DNA of 25,552 nucleotides from positions 1 through 25,552 of the forward strand of contig JAGCNA010000319.1 of assembly GCA_017646185.1 (NCBI GenBank), in the 5' to 3' direction. The translations under genes and the position numbers were made by a program. This DNA comes from Clostridia bacterium (GTDB taxonomy: Bacteria; Bacillota; Clostridia; Oscillospirales; CAG-382). Shown one piece after another: positions 16,868 through 25,552 of this stretch. The notes beneath the pieces were generated by a model. That model did not search any database and was not told the DNA's origin. It saw nothing but the letters and a program-made list of their open reading frames with translations. Position 1 is the stretch's first letter; every line of letters starts with the position of its first letter.

Positions 16868-18125
16868 CCAAAATCCCGCCAAACAAATCCCTCATGCCAA
16901 CAAAGGTAAAATATTTACCTTTTTAACCGCTCTTCTTGCGTTTATATCTGCTATTGTTTTGTGGTTTTTTGCCATAGATTACGATAGCCCCGATTACACC
17001 AAAACTTTTTCCAATATAAAGGTTGAAGTTACCGGACTCGCCGAGCTTCGTCAGTCTATGGGATACACATTGTTGGAGGAGCCGGATCTTACGGTTGATG
17101 TTACTATTGCGGGAAAGCGTACCGACGTTAATCAGGTGCGTTCTTCCGATATAACCGCATCCATAGATCTTTCTGCGGTTGCGGCAGCAGGTGAAAATAA
17201 ATTTGAGGTACAGATCACCTCTCCCAACGGCACCACGGTTGCCTCCCAAAGCGTTAATGAAGTAAGACTGTATGTCGATAACTTTATTTCAAAGCAGTAC
17301 ACCGTAAAGGTTCGCAATATGAGTTACGTTCTGGCGGAAAACCTTTATATCGATACCGTAACCTGCAGTCCCGCTACAGTTACCGTTTGGGGTCCGGAAA
17401 ATGAGCTTGCAAAAATATCCGGCGCTTACGTAGATCTTCAAATGGGCGAATTGGTGAATTCCATTAAGGTTACGTCCACCGCAAAGCTTTTGGATATAAA
17501 CAACGCAGAAGTGGATAATCCTTATATTTATATTGCCAACAGTTCCGTTACGTCTTCCGTTTCCGTTTATATGGAAAAAGAGGTTCCTGTTAGGGTAAAG
17601 CTTACCGGCGGATTATATTCCGAGCTTACTGCGGATATCCGCTGTGATATGGAGTCTGTGCTTCTCCGCGGTACGGTTGAGCGTATGACAAATATCAAAG
17701 AATACGTTATCGAAATAGACGAAACCGATACTCAGTTCGATTCTCCCATTAAAGTTCTTATTTCTCCTCCCGATGGCGTTGTTAATTCGGGGGAAGAGCA
17801 ATATGCAACAGTTCTTCTTTCCATACCCGATATAGGAAAGAGGGAAATGGTGCTGGCATCGAATAAAGTAGAATTCATCAATATGCCGGAAGAAACCGAC
17901 GCAAAGGCACTGGAAGATATAACCGTAGAGCTTCGCGGTCTCCAGGATATATTGGATCTGCTTACGGAAGAAGATATATCCGTAACGGTAGATATGTCTA
18001 TGCTGGGTGAGCTTTCCGAAGGCACTACTACCGTTCCGGTAACAGTAAGTATTTCAAACGAAGATGTTTCCGGTGTATTCGTTTATAATAAAAACGCATA
18101 TACCGTTCAAATAATTATAAAATAA
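16845..18125 (+). CDS. cdaR: CdaA regulator CdaR (YbbR-domain protein)
   Basis: One N-terminal TM helix (AIVLWFFAI) followed by beta-rich YbbR-like repeats (VTIAGKR..., VTVWGP..., VLLRGT..., VELRGL...). It lies directly after cdaA with a 23-nt overlap. Confidence 0.9.
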   Translation: MTILIKNNQNPAKQIPHANKGKIFTFLTALLAFISAIVLWFFAIDYDSPDYTKTFSNIKVEVTGLAELRQSMGYTLLEEPDLTVDVTIAGKRTDVNQVRSSDITASIDLSAVAAAGENKFEVQITSPNGTTVASQSVNEVRLYVDNFISKQYTVKVRNMSYVLAENLYIDTVTCSPATVTVWGPENELAKISGAYVDLQMGELVNSIKVTSTAKLLDINNAEVDNPYIYIANSSVTSSVSVYMEKEVPVRVKLTGGLYSELTADIRCDMESVLLRGTVERMTNIKEYVIEIDETDTQFDSPIKVLISPPDGVVNSGEEQYATVLLSIPDIGKREMVLASNKVEFINMPEETDAKALEDITVELRGLQDILDLLTEEDISVTVDMSMLGELSEGTTTVPVTVSISNEDVSGVFVYNKNAYTVQIIIK

Positions 18126-18145
18126 ATTTTTAGGAGATGAAGGCC

Positions 18146-20224
18146 TTGACTTCAAGGAAGTGGGTCATAAACGGCACCGATACCGCCGCTGCTTCGGCAT
18201 TGCGGGCGGAAAGCGGATATTTGCCTCTTACAGCAAGATTACTTTGCTCCAGAGGATTGGATACCCCGGAAAAAGTTGCCGAATTTTACGATACATCAAA
18301 ACTTTCTTTTTACGATCCCTATCTGCTTAAGGATATGGATAAAGCGGTAGCCCGCATTAAAAAAGCTATAGAGAATAAAGAGCGTGTATGTATTTACGGA
18401 GATTACGACGTAGACGGTGTTACCTCTACAACAATGCTGTATACATATCTCCGTTCTCTGGGTGTGGACACCACCTATTTTATTCCCGAGCGAATGAACG
18501 AAGGATACGGTCTCAGCCGTACTGCTATCGAGCGTTTTGCGGGAAATGTGGATCTGCTTATAACCGTTGATACGGGCATAACGGCGGTTTCGGAAACCGA
18601 ATATGCAAAGCAGTTCGGAATGGATATGATAATAACCGACCATCATAGCTGCAGGGATATCCTTCCCGATGCCGTGGCGGTTGTCAACCCTCACAGAGAA
18701 GACTGCGAATACCCCTTCAAAAAGCTTGCGGGGGTAGGAGTGGTGTTCAAGCTTCTTTGCGCCCTTCACGGCAACAGCGAGGATATCTGCAAGCGGTACG
18801 GAGAGATAGTGGCTATCGGCACTATTGCCGATGTTATGCCGATTGTTGGCGAAAACCGTCTTATTGCCACTATAGGTATCGAAAATCTTTCCAACACAAA
18901 GTATCTGGGTTTACGTGCCCTTATGGAGCAGGTAGGTATTTTCAAAAACGGCAAGAAGGTTAAAAAGATAACCTCTTCCACAATCGGTTACGTGCTTGCA
19001 CCCCGTATAAACGCCGCTGGAAGAATAACCAGTGCTGTTCGCGCGGTTGAGCTTTTGCTGGCTGATAACGAAGGTGATGCAAACCGTATTGCCGCTGAAC
19101 TTTGTGAGATAAACAAACTGCGTCAGTCTACCGAACTGGATATATATACTCAGGCGCTTTCCCAGATATCGGAGCACCATTCCGAAAACACCGCATACGT
19201 CCTTTCTTCCGATGGATGGCATCAAGGTGTTATCGGTGTTGTTGCTTCCCGAATAACCGAAAAATATTCCCTTCCCAGCGTGCTTTTCTCTTTTGACGGA
19301 GATATAGGCAAGGGAAGCGGAAGAAGCATCAAGGGCTTTTCTTTGATGGATGCTCTTGCCGAATGCTCCGATCTTTTGCTTGAATACGGCGGACACGAGC
19401 TTGCGGCAGGCTTATCTATAGAGCGTAAGAATCTGGAGGCGTTTTCCGCCAGATTGAACGATTACGCAGAGAAGCATATAAAGAAAAACGAACTTGTTAT
19501 TCCTTTGGAAATAGACTGCGAAGCTTCATTTTCCGAGCTTACTTTACGTCAGGCAGAGGATATTCAGCGTCTTGAGCCTTTCGGTCTTTCCAATCCCGTT
19601 CCCGTTTTTATTGTTAAGGGTGCGGTTATAAAGAATCTTACACCCCTTTCCGGCGGCAAGCATATGAAGATAAGGGTATCCGACGGAAGCAGAAACGATC
19701 TTACCGCAGTTTATTTCGGTATGAGTGCAGAAAACTTTTCCTTCTGCGAAGGGGATAAGTGCGATATAGCATTTTCTCTTGAAATCAACGAATTTTTGGG
19801 TAATGCAACACCCCAGCTTCTCATAAAAGGAATCAGACTTGCAGAGGGCGAAAAAAATCTGCTTGAGCTCGAATACGAAACTTATCTGAGCGCCGTGGAT
19901 TTTGATAATACACAGCCCGTTTCTTTGGATTGCATTCCCACTCTGGCAGATTTCAGAGAGGTTTTCCGTTATCTGCGCCGCAGTCTGGACGGAAGCAAGC
20001 CCATTTCACTGCGCCGCCTTGTAAGCAGTATCCGTGAAGATACCGATACTGATATAAGTGCGTGTAAAATATTGATTATAAGCGATGTTTTGCAAGAACA
20101 AGGCATTGCCGAAGTGGAACATTTTCCCGGCATGCTCATACGCATCAATCTTAAGCCGTTTAGCGGAAAGATCAATCTTGATAATTCCGAACTGCTTGGA
20201 AGGATAAAGGCAAAACACGCATAA
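18146..20224 (+). CDS. recJ: Single-stranded-DNA exonuclease RecJ
   Basis: YGDYDVDGVTS, ITVDTG, ITDHH, GTIADV, PRINAAGR, GSGRS, GGHELAAG, LEPFGLSNP, OB-fold and C-terminal extension. AGGAG abuts the ATG at 18137 with no spacer, so TTG 18146 (9 nt from the RBS) is the more likely start. Confidence 0.96.
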   Translation: MTSRKWVINGTDTAAASALRAESGYLPLTARLLCSRGLDTPEKVAEFYDTSKLSFYDPYLLKDMDKAVARIKKAIENKERVCIYGDYDVDGVTSTTMLYTYLRSLGVDTTYFIPERMNEGYGLSRTAIERFAGNVDLLITVDTGITAVSETEYAKQFGMDMIITDHHSCRDILPDAVAVVNPHREDCEYPFKKLAGVGVVFKLLCALHGNSEDICKRYGEIVAIGTIADVMPIVGENRLIATIGIENLSNTKYLGLRALMEQVGIFKNGKKVKKITSSTIGYVLAPRINAAGRITSAVRAVELLLADNEGDANRIAAELCEINKLRQSTELDIYTQALSQISEHHSENTAYVLSSDGWHQGVIGVVASRITEKYSLPSVLFSFDGDIGKGSGRSIKGFSLMDALAECSDLLLEYGGHELAAGLSIERKNLEAFSARLNDYAEKHIKKNELVIPLEIDCEASFSELTLRQAEDIQRLEPFGLSNPVPVFIVKGAVIKNLTPLSGGKHMKIRVSDGSRNDLTAVYFGMSAENFSFCEGDKCDIAFSLEINEFLGNATPQLLIKGIRLAEGEKNLLELEYETYLSAVDFDNTQPVSLDCIPTLADFREVFRYLRRSLDGSKPISLRRLVSSIREDTDTDISACKILIISDVLQEQGIAEVEHFPGMLIRINLKPFSGKINLDNSELLGRIKAKHA

Positions 20225-20237
20225 AGTACGGTGTTAT

Positions 20238-22445
20238 ATGTCTGTTAATTTTGAAAGCTTTTTAGAAAAATTAAAGCAAAGCGGCGGCTACGATATAGCC
20301 AAAATTACAAAAGCGTATGAATTTGCTTTCAGGATGCATGAGGGACAAACCCGCATTTCGGGTGAACCCTATATCATACACCCTCTTTCTGTTGCGGATA
20401 TCGTAGCAGACCTTCAGCTGGATACGGATTCAATATGTGCCGCTTTTCTTCACGATACGGTGGAGGATTGCGGGGAAAAGGTAACCTTAAACGTTATTAA
20501 AAAAGAGTTTGGAAGCGACGTTGCAGATCTTGTTGACGGTGTTACCAAGCTGGTTCATATCCGTTTTGAGACAAAGCAGGATGAAAGTATAGAAAACCTG
20601 CGTAAAATGTTTCTTGCAATGAGCAAGGATCTCCGCGTCATATTTATCAAGCTTGCAGACAGGCTTCATAATATGCGGACGCTGGACGTACGCCGTGAAG
20701 AAAAACAGCGCTCCGTTGCGTTGGAGACAATGCACGTTTACGCTCCTTTGGCACACCGCTTGGGTATTCAGAAGATAAAGCAGGAGCTTGAAATGCTGGC
20801 GCTCAAATATCTGGATCCTATCGGCTTCAGAGAAGTTGAGATCGACGTTGAAAAACGCTACGGTGAAAACAAAGGATTTTTGGATCATTATAAATCTCTT
20901 GTAGGCGAAAAGCTGGATGAAAACCATATCAAATACCGTCTCGAGGGACGTATCAAGTCCATTTACTCCATATACAAAAAAATGTATTCCGGCAGTAAAA
21001 GCTTTGAAGAAATCTACGATTTTTACGCTATCCGTATTATCGTGGATACCGAACTGGATTGTTATACCGCCCTTGGTATAATTCACGAAGCCTTTAACTT
21101 CATTCCCGGCAGATTTAAAGATTATATTTCCACTCCCAAGCCCAACCTTTACCGTTCTCTTCATACCACGGTTATAGGTAAAGAGGGAATTCCCGTTGAG
21201 GTGCAGATACGTACCTGGGATATGCACCGTGAAGCGGAGTACGGTCTTGCCGCTCACTGGAAGTATAAATCCGGCGAGCAGGCTCAAAAGATAGTTGATC
21301 AGAAGCTTCAGTGGATCCGCACTCTGTTGGAAACAGAAAAGGATACGGATGATCCCGATGAATTCTACCGTCCGCTTAAGATAGATCTTTTTGAAGACGA
21401 AATATTCGTATTCACTCCCAAAGGGGACGTTATAAACCTTCCCACAAATGCAACTCCCATAGATTTTGCATACGCTATCCACTCTGCTGTCGGTAATAAA
21501 ATGGTTGGTGCCCGAGTAAACGGCAGTATCGTTCCCATAGATTCAATACTGGAAAACGGACAGATAGTTGAGGTCATTACCTCCTCTGCATCCAAGGGAC
21601 CCAGCAGAGATTGGCTTAAAATCGTACGCTCCGGCGAAGCACGAAATAAAATACGCCAGTATTTCAAAAAAGAAATGCGGGCAGAAAACATTATTGTCGG
21701 TAAGACCGAGGTAGACCGTGAGCTGAAGCGTTACGGCAGAAGCTATTCCGAAGCTCAAAAGAACGAGATAGTTGCAAACGTTGCCGCTCGTATCAGCCTG
21801 CCGGATCCCGAGGATTTGTACAACAATATCGGTTACGGCGGTCTTTCCATAAGCAAGATTGCCGCAAAGCTTAAAGATGAATTTACCCGTGTGGTTTGTC
21901 CTCCCGAACCGGAGGAGGAAGCCCCCGCTCCCGAAAAGCCCGCTGCTCCCAGAGGAAGAATAACCAATTCTCAGTCCGTAATCATAGACAGCGTTTCAGG
22001 CTGCGAGGTTAAGTTTGCAAAATGCTGCAACCCCCTGCCCGGTGATAGTATTATCGGCTTTATAACCAAGGGTTACGGTGTTTCTATCCACAAATATGAT
22101 TGTCCCAACGCACAGGCTGGCTTGCAAAAGCCCGAAGATAAGGACAGATGGGTAGTAGCATCCTGGTCTACTCAGGTTGAAAAGAGGGAAGTAGGCAAGT
22201 TCGATGCAGTTTTGAACGTGTATGCAGAGTATTCTTCCGCATTGTTTGCAGACGTTTCCGTTCAGCTTAAGAATATGTCCGTTGACGTTGTATCTATGTC
22301 TGCAAGAGAGAATATAGGCAACTGCTTGCTTACTGTTGTTATTAAGTGTAGCAGTATCGACCATTTGCACAGTATAATGGCGCAGTTGCGTAAGGTTCCC
22401 AACGTACGTGACGTTACCCGTGGCAGCGAAGGAAGAGGAGTATAA
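20238..22445 (+). CDS. relA: Bifunctional (p)ppGpp synthetase/hydrolase Rel (long RSH)
   Basis: Hydrolase PYIIHP and LHDTVED, ADRLHNMRTL; synthetase GRIKS, DFYAIR, RFKD, YRSLHT, EVQIRT; TGS (FTPKGD), CC (AKCCNPLPGD) and ACT domains. Confidence 0.97.
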   Translation: MSVNFESFLEKLKQSGGYDIAKITKAYEFAFRMHEGQTRISGEPYIIHPLSVADIVADLQLDTDSICAAFLHDTVEDCGEKVTLNVIKKEFGSDVADLVDGVTKLVHIRFETKQDESIENLRKMFLAMSKDLRVIFIKLADRLHNMRTLDVRREEKQRSVALETMHVYAPLAHRLGIQKIKQELEMLALKYLDPIGFREVEIDVEKRYGENKGFLDHYKSLVGEKLDENHIKYRLEGRIKSIYSIYKKMYSGSKSFEEIYDFYAIRIIVDTELDCYTALGIIHEAFNFIPGRFKDYISTPKPNLYRSLHTTVIGKEGIPVEVQIRTWDMHREAEYGLAAHWKYKSGEQAQKIVDQKLQWIRTLLETEKDTDDPDEFYRPLKIDLFEDEIFVFTPKGDVINLPTNATPIDFAYAIHSAVGNKMVGARVNGSIVPIDSILENGQIVEVITSSASKGPSRDWLKIVRSGEARNKIRQYFKKEMRAENIIVGKTEVDRELKRYGRSYSEAQKNEIVANVAARISLPDPEDLYNNIGYGGLSISKIAAKLKDEFTRVVCPPEPEEEAPAPEKPAAPRGRITNSQSVIIDSVSGCEVKFAKCCNPLPGDSIIGFITKGYGVSIHKYDCPNAQAGLQKPEDKDRWVVASWSTQVEKREVGKFDAVLNVYAEYSSALFADVSVQLKNMSVDVVSMSARENIGNCLLTVVIKCSSIDHLHSIMAQLRKVPNVRDVTRGSEGRGV

Positions 22446-22889
22446 ATGAAGATAGTAATTCAGCGCGTGCTTTCCGCTTCCTGCACCGTAGAAGGGGAGA
22501 GTGTTTCCCATATCGGTTTGGGACTTTTGGTTTTCTGCGGCGTTACCGCAACGGATACCGAAGAGGATATAAAAAAAGCGGCAAAGAAGATTTCGGGAAT
22601 GCGTATCTTCCGTAACGATGCTGGTAAAATGTCTTTATCTGTAGGCGACGTAGGCGGTTCTATAATGCTTATTTCCAATTTCACTCTTTGCGCAGATTGC
22701 TCTCACGGCAGACGGCCCGAATTTCTTTCTGCGGCTCCTGCCGCGAAGGCAGAAGAATATTATAAAAAATTAGCCGATATGATCGGAGATAATCTTCCCG
22801 TCGTATGCGGCGTTTTCGGAGGAGATATGCGTATCAGTGCGGAAAACTTCGGTCCCGTTACTGTATACCTTGATACTGCTTCTTTATGA
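22446..22889 (+). CDS. dtd: D-aminoacyl-tRNA deacylase
   Basis: MKIVIQRV, MRIF...GKM, SNFTL (usually SQFTL), GRRP, GVFGGDM, N-F-GPVT containing the Gly-cisPro motif. It lies directly after rel. Confidence 0.94.
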   Translation: MKIVIQRVLSASCTVEGESVSHIGLGLLVFCGVTATDTEEDIKKAAKKISGMRIFRNDAGKMSLSVGDVGGSIMLISNFTLCADCSHGRRPEFLSAAPAAKAEEYYKKLADMIGDNLPVVCGVFGGDMRISAENFGPVTVYLDTASL

Positions 22890-24373
22890 AACTTACAATA
22901 AATAACACTACGGGTCTGTTAAACGATTATTATTTTCAGACCCTTTCTCTCCTTTATTTTCCCGGTGAAAAATTCCCCACGGGTGTTGACCTCAGCCCCA
23001 ACAGCGCGGAATATTTTCTGGAAAAACGCGGAAACGGATATTACGGCAAAGCCGTATTACATGCAGGTTCCCGCTATGAGCAAGGGGAGTTTTCTACTGA
23101 CGGATATGAATTTTCCGTTCCGGTTCACGATGAACTTAATGCACAGTGCGCCATTGGCAAAGCCTTTCTTATTGCCGGTGAAAAGCTGTTCGGTTTTTCT
23201 TTGCCTTGGGGTTATATTACGGGATTACGTCCCGTGAAAAGGGCAAGGTTTTATCTTGATAAAGGATATGACGACGAAACCGTTACCCGTCTTTTTGTAA
23301 CCGACCACAATATTTCCAAAGAAAAGACCGAGCTTTCCATACGTACCGCCCACAACGAGATACGTATGCTTAAGGACGTAGGCGAAAAGACTGCGGGGTT
23401 GTACATTTCCATCCCGTTTTGTCCTACAAGGTGTCAATACTGCTCCTTTGTTTCTTATTCAACACCCCGCCTTTTGAAGATGCTTCCCGATTACGTTGAG
23501 CTTTTGATAAAGGATATAAAAGCAACCGCTTGCGTAATGAAGGAACTGGGAATCAAGCTTTCCGCCATATATGTGGGCGGCGGTACTCCTTCTATTCTTT
23601 CTCCCGAGCAGACACGCAAAGTTTTGGGCACTGTTACCGAAAACTTTGATCTTTCGGTGTTGCGTGAATTTACCTTTGAAGCGGGCAGACCGGATACGAT
23701 TACCAAAGATAAGCTTATTTCCGCCAAAGAAAGCGGAGTTACCCGTGTCAGCATCAATCCTCAAAGTCTTAATGAAAACGTGTTGCACGCTATCGGCAGA
23801 CAGCACACCACACAGCAGTTTTTTGAAGCGTACGATATTGCCCGCGGTATAGGATTTGACAGTATAAACGCAGATCTTATCGCAGGACTTCCCGAAGATA
23901 CCTTCGAAACCTTCTGCTCAAGCTTTGAAAAAGTGCTTTCTATGGGATTTGAGAATATAACCTTACATACCTTAAGCATTAAAAATGCTGCTGCTTTGCG
24001 TTTTTCAAAGGAAAACGTATACGATCCTTCGGGCAGGCTTGCGGTTTCCTGCGTGCAGTACGTGTATGACCGTATGCTCCAGAGCGGTATGGAGCCTTAT
24101 TACCTTTACAGACAAAAAAATACTGTCGGTAATGCGGAAAACACGGGATATTCCGTTCCCGGCAAGGAAAATCTGTATAATATTCTTATGATGGAGGAGC
24201 ATTCCAGCGTGTTCGCCTGCGGTGCAGGTGCTATCACCAAGCTTGTTTCTCCCGATGAAGAGATAATCGACCGTATCGCCCACCAGAAGTATCCTTATGA
24301 GTATCTTGATACTCCCAAAGGAATAGGTGAAGATAGGATCAAAAAGTTCTACAAGCAGTATTTTGGCTGCTGA
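22886..24373 (+). CDS. hemZ: HemZ-family radical SAM protein (HemN-like)
   Basis: PWGYITGLRP, LYISIPFCPTRCQYCSF, YVGGGTPS, EAGRPDTIT, SINPQS, INADLIAGLP, PYYLYRQKN, EN.GY, IMMEE, ACGAGAITK. It is in the usual position after rel-dtd. Confidence 0.92.
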   Translation: MKLTINNTTGLLNDYYFQTLSLLYFPGEKFPTGVDLSPNSAEYFLEKRGNGYYGKAVLHAGSRYEQGEFSTDGYEFSVPVHDELNAQCAIGKAFLIAGEKLFGFSLPWGYITGLRPVKRARFYLDKGYDDETVTRLFVTDHNISKEKTELSIRTAHNEIRMLKDVGEKTAGLYISIPFCPTRCQYCSFVSYSTPRLLKMLPDYVELLIKDIKATACVMKELGIKLSAIYVGGGTPSILSPEQTRKVLGTVTENFDLSVLREFTFEAGRPDTITKDKLISAKESGVTRVSINPQSLNENVLHAIGRQHTTQQFFEAYDIARGIGFDSINADLIAGLPEDTFETFCSSFEKVLSMGFENITLHTLSIKNAAALRFSKENVYDPSGRLAVSCVQYVYDRMLQSGMEPYYLYRQKNTVGNAENTGYSVPGKENLYNILMMEEHSSVFACGAGAITKLVSPDEEIIDRIAHQKYPYEYLDTPKGIGEDRIKKFYKQYFGC

Positions 24374-24398
24374 AACGATTTATTATTGAAGGGACGTT

Positions 24399-25552
24399 AT
24401 GAGTAATATAGACAAGTCTTCCAAAAGCTTTATTGCGGAAGCCGCTATAATATCTGTTTCTAATTTTGCCGTCAAGCTTGTGGGCGTGCTGTTTAAAATT
24501 CCTCTTGCCAATCAGCTTGGGGAGTTTATGGGCGTGTTCAACGCGGCGTATTCAATATATGCCATGCTGTTTATGATCTCCACCTCGGGTCTTCCCGTGG
24601 CAGTATCTCGACTTGTGGCAATAGCGAAAGAAAAGGGAAGACGTGCAGAGGCTTCCCAGATATTCCGTACCTGCGCTCTTACCTTTGGTGCTATCGGATT
24701 TATATGCTCGTTGATAATGTTTATCGGCGCTGACTACATTTGCGAAATAACTGCCCATCCCGGCGCAGAGCTTCCTATGCGTGTTATCTCTCCCACGCTG
24801 TTTATAATCTGCATAACCGCTTCCATACGCGGATATTTTCAGGGACTCAGAAAAATGGTTCCCACTGCGGTTTCCAATTTTATCGAAGCCGTACTTAAGC
24901 TTATTCTTGGCTTGGGCGGTGCGGCGTTTGCCGCTTCCCGAGGATGGAGTGGTCCCGTGCAGGCTGCGTTTGCGGTTTCCGGCATCTCTATCGGCGTTAT
25001 AGTGGGTACGGTTTATCTTGCAATAACCTTTTACCTTAGTCGAAATTCCAACATTCCGGATACCGACCGTACCGTTTCCCCTCGCTCCGCTATTGCGAAA
25101 AACGCACTCCGAGTTGCCGTTCCCGTAACTCTTGCAGGCTCCGCTTTGTATTTTTCCACGTTTTTTGATACCGTGGTTATAAATAACCGTCTTATCTTTT
25201 CCGGATTTTCGGAAGAAATGGCGGACAGGCTGTATACTGCATATACTACCCTTGCCATATCTATTTCAGATCTGGTTCCCTCAACTCTGGTGTATCCCAT
25301 TGCGCTCAGTATACTGCCCGCAATGTCTGCGGCTTTGGCAGGAGAGCGTCAGAGAGAGGTAAGAGGCTATATCCATTCTTCTATCCGCATTTCCGGTATT
25401 ATTGCTATTCCCAGTGCGTTTGGTCTGGCAGTGCTTGCCCGTCCCGTAATACAGATGATATATTTCGGTTCTCTTTCAAAAGAGATAACTTTACTTGACG
25501 GAAGTACTGTAATGCCTATAGACGTGGGCGCCGCTTCTCTCGCCATCCTTTC
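24399..25552 (+). CDS. SpoVB/YabM/MurJ-like MOP flippase (polysaccharide biosynthesis protein); runs off the right window edge
   Basis: Not in the ORF track because no stop lies in the window. Manual translation from ATG 24399 gives MSNIDKSSKSFIAEAAIISVSNFAVKLVGVLFKIPLANQLG...AYSIYAMLFMISTSGLPVAVSRLVA...IRGYFQG...PTAVSNFIEAVLKL..., open to 25552 with many TM helices. Confidence 0.88.
   Translation, partial: MSNIDKSSKSFIAEAAIISVSNFAVKLVGVLFKIPLANQLGEFMGVFNAAYSIYAMLFMISTSGLPVAVSRLVAIAKEKGRRAEASQIFRTCALTFGAIGFICSLIMFIGADYICEITAHPGAELPMRVISPTLFIICITASIRGYFQGLRKMVPTAVSNFIEAVLKLILGLGGAAFAASRGWSGPVQAAFAVSGISIGVIVGTVYLAITFYLSRNSNIPDTDRTVSPRSAIAKNALRVAVPVTLAGSALYFSTFFDTVVINNRLIFSGFSEEMADRLYTAYTTLAISISDLVPSTLVYPIALSILPAMSAALAGERQREVRGYIHSSIRISGIIAIPSAFGLAVLARPVIQMIYFGSLSKEITLLDGSTVMPIDVGAASLAIL

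Noticed and set aside
18146-20224. DHH-DHHA1 protein next to cdaA-cdaR as a c-di-AMP phosphodiesterase (GdpP/Pde2)
   Set aside because: Length, YGDYDVDG, PRINAAGR, LEPFG-NP, the OB-fold and the position before rel all indicate RecJ. It has no TM, PAS or GGDEF region.
20487-21482. 331-aa antisense ORF opposite rel
   Set aside because: Shadow of a conserved gene, with no family features and no supporting promoter or RBS. The same applies to the other short overlapping ORFs in the track.
22084-22092. CTATCCACA, a near DnaA box
   Set aside because: It is a single mismatched copy inside the rel coding sequence with no cluster, as expected by chance.
1-25552. Frequent TTCCG/CGGAA and ACCG words as possible uptake or repeat sequences
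   Set aside because: They appear explained by preferred codons (TCC, ACC, GCC followed by G). There is no fixed longer consensus or intergenic clustering. A codon-shuffled k-mer test would be needed to revive this.
1-25552. CRISPR arrays, IS or phage genes, tRNA/rRNA genes, riboswitches, inteins
   Set aside because: Intergenic gaps are too short, and no repeats, transposase, integrase or intein motifs were seen.

Overview
Core-chromosome housekeeping segment of a Bacillota bacterium, most likely Clostridia (inferred from gene content and order). A short leftward operon (RNHCP-domain protein, unknown membrane protein, pepF cut by the window edge) diverges from an unbroken rightward run of about 23.6 kb: DUF1385, prmC, TrmH-family methylase, dprA, topA, plsX, rnc, Elp3-like radical SAM, smc, ftsY, rdgB, cdaA, cdaR, recJ, rel, dtd, hemZ and a SpoVB/MurJ-like flippase (cut by the window edge). 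I see no mobile element, CRISPR array, RNA gene or defence system, and no clearly new multi-gene system. The best leads are: (1) the c-di-AMP module cdaA-cdaR lacks its usual partner glmM and is joined to recJ-rel-dtd-hemZ behind a promoter embedded in the end of rdgB; (2) two divergent sigmaA-type promoters share one palindromic -10 element; (3) a 1-nt frameshift cuts the fourth zinc ribbon off TopA; (4) DprA is degenerate and lies downstream of a promoter overlapped by a perfect inverted repeat; (5) several well-known operons are stripped of their usual internal genes. Family assignments come from motif recognition only; no database search was run.
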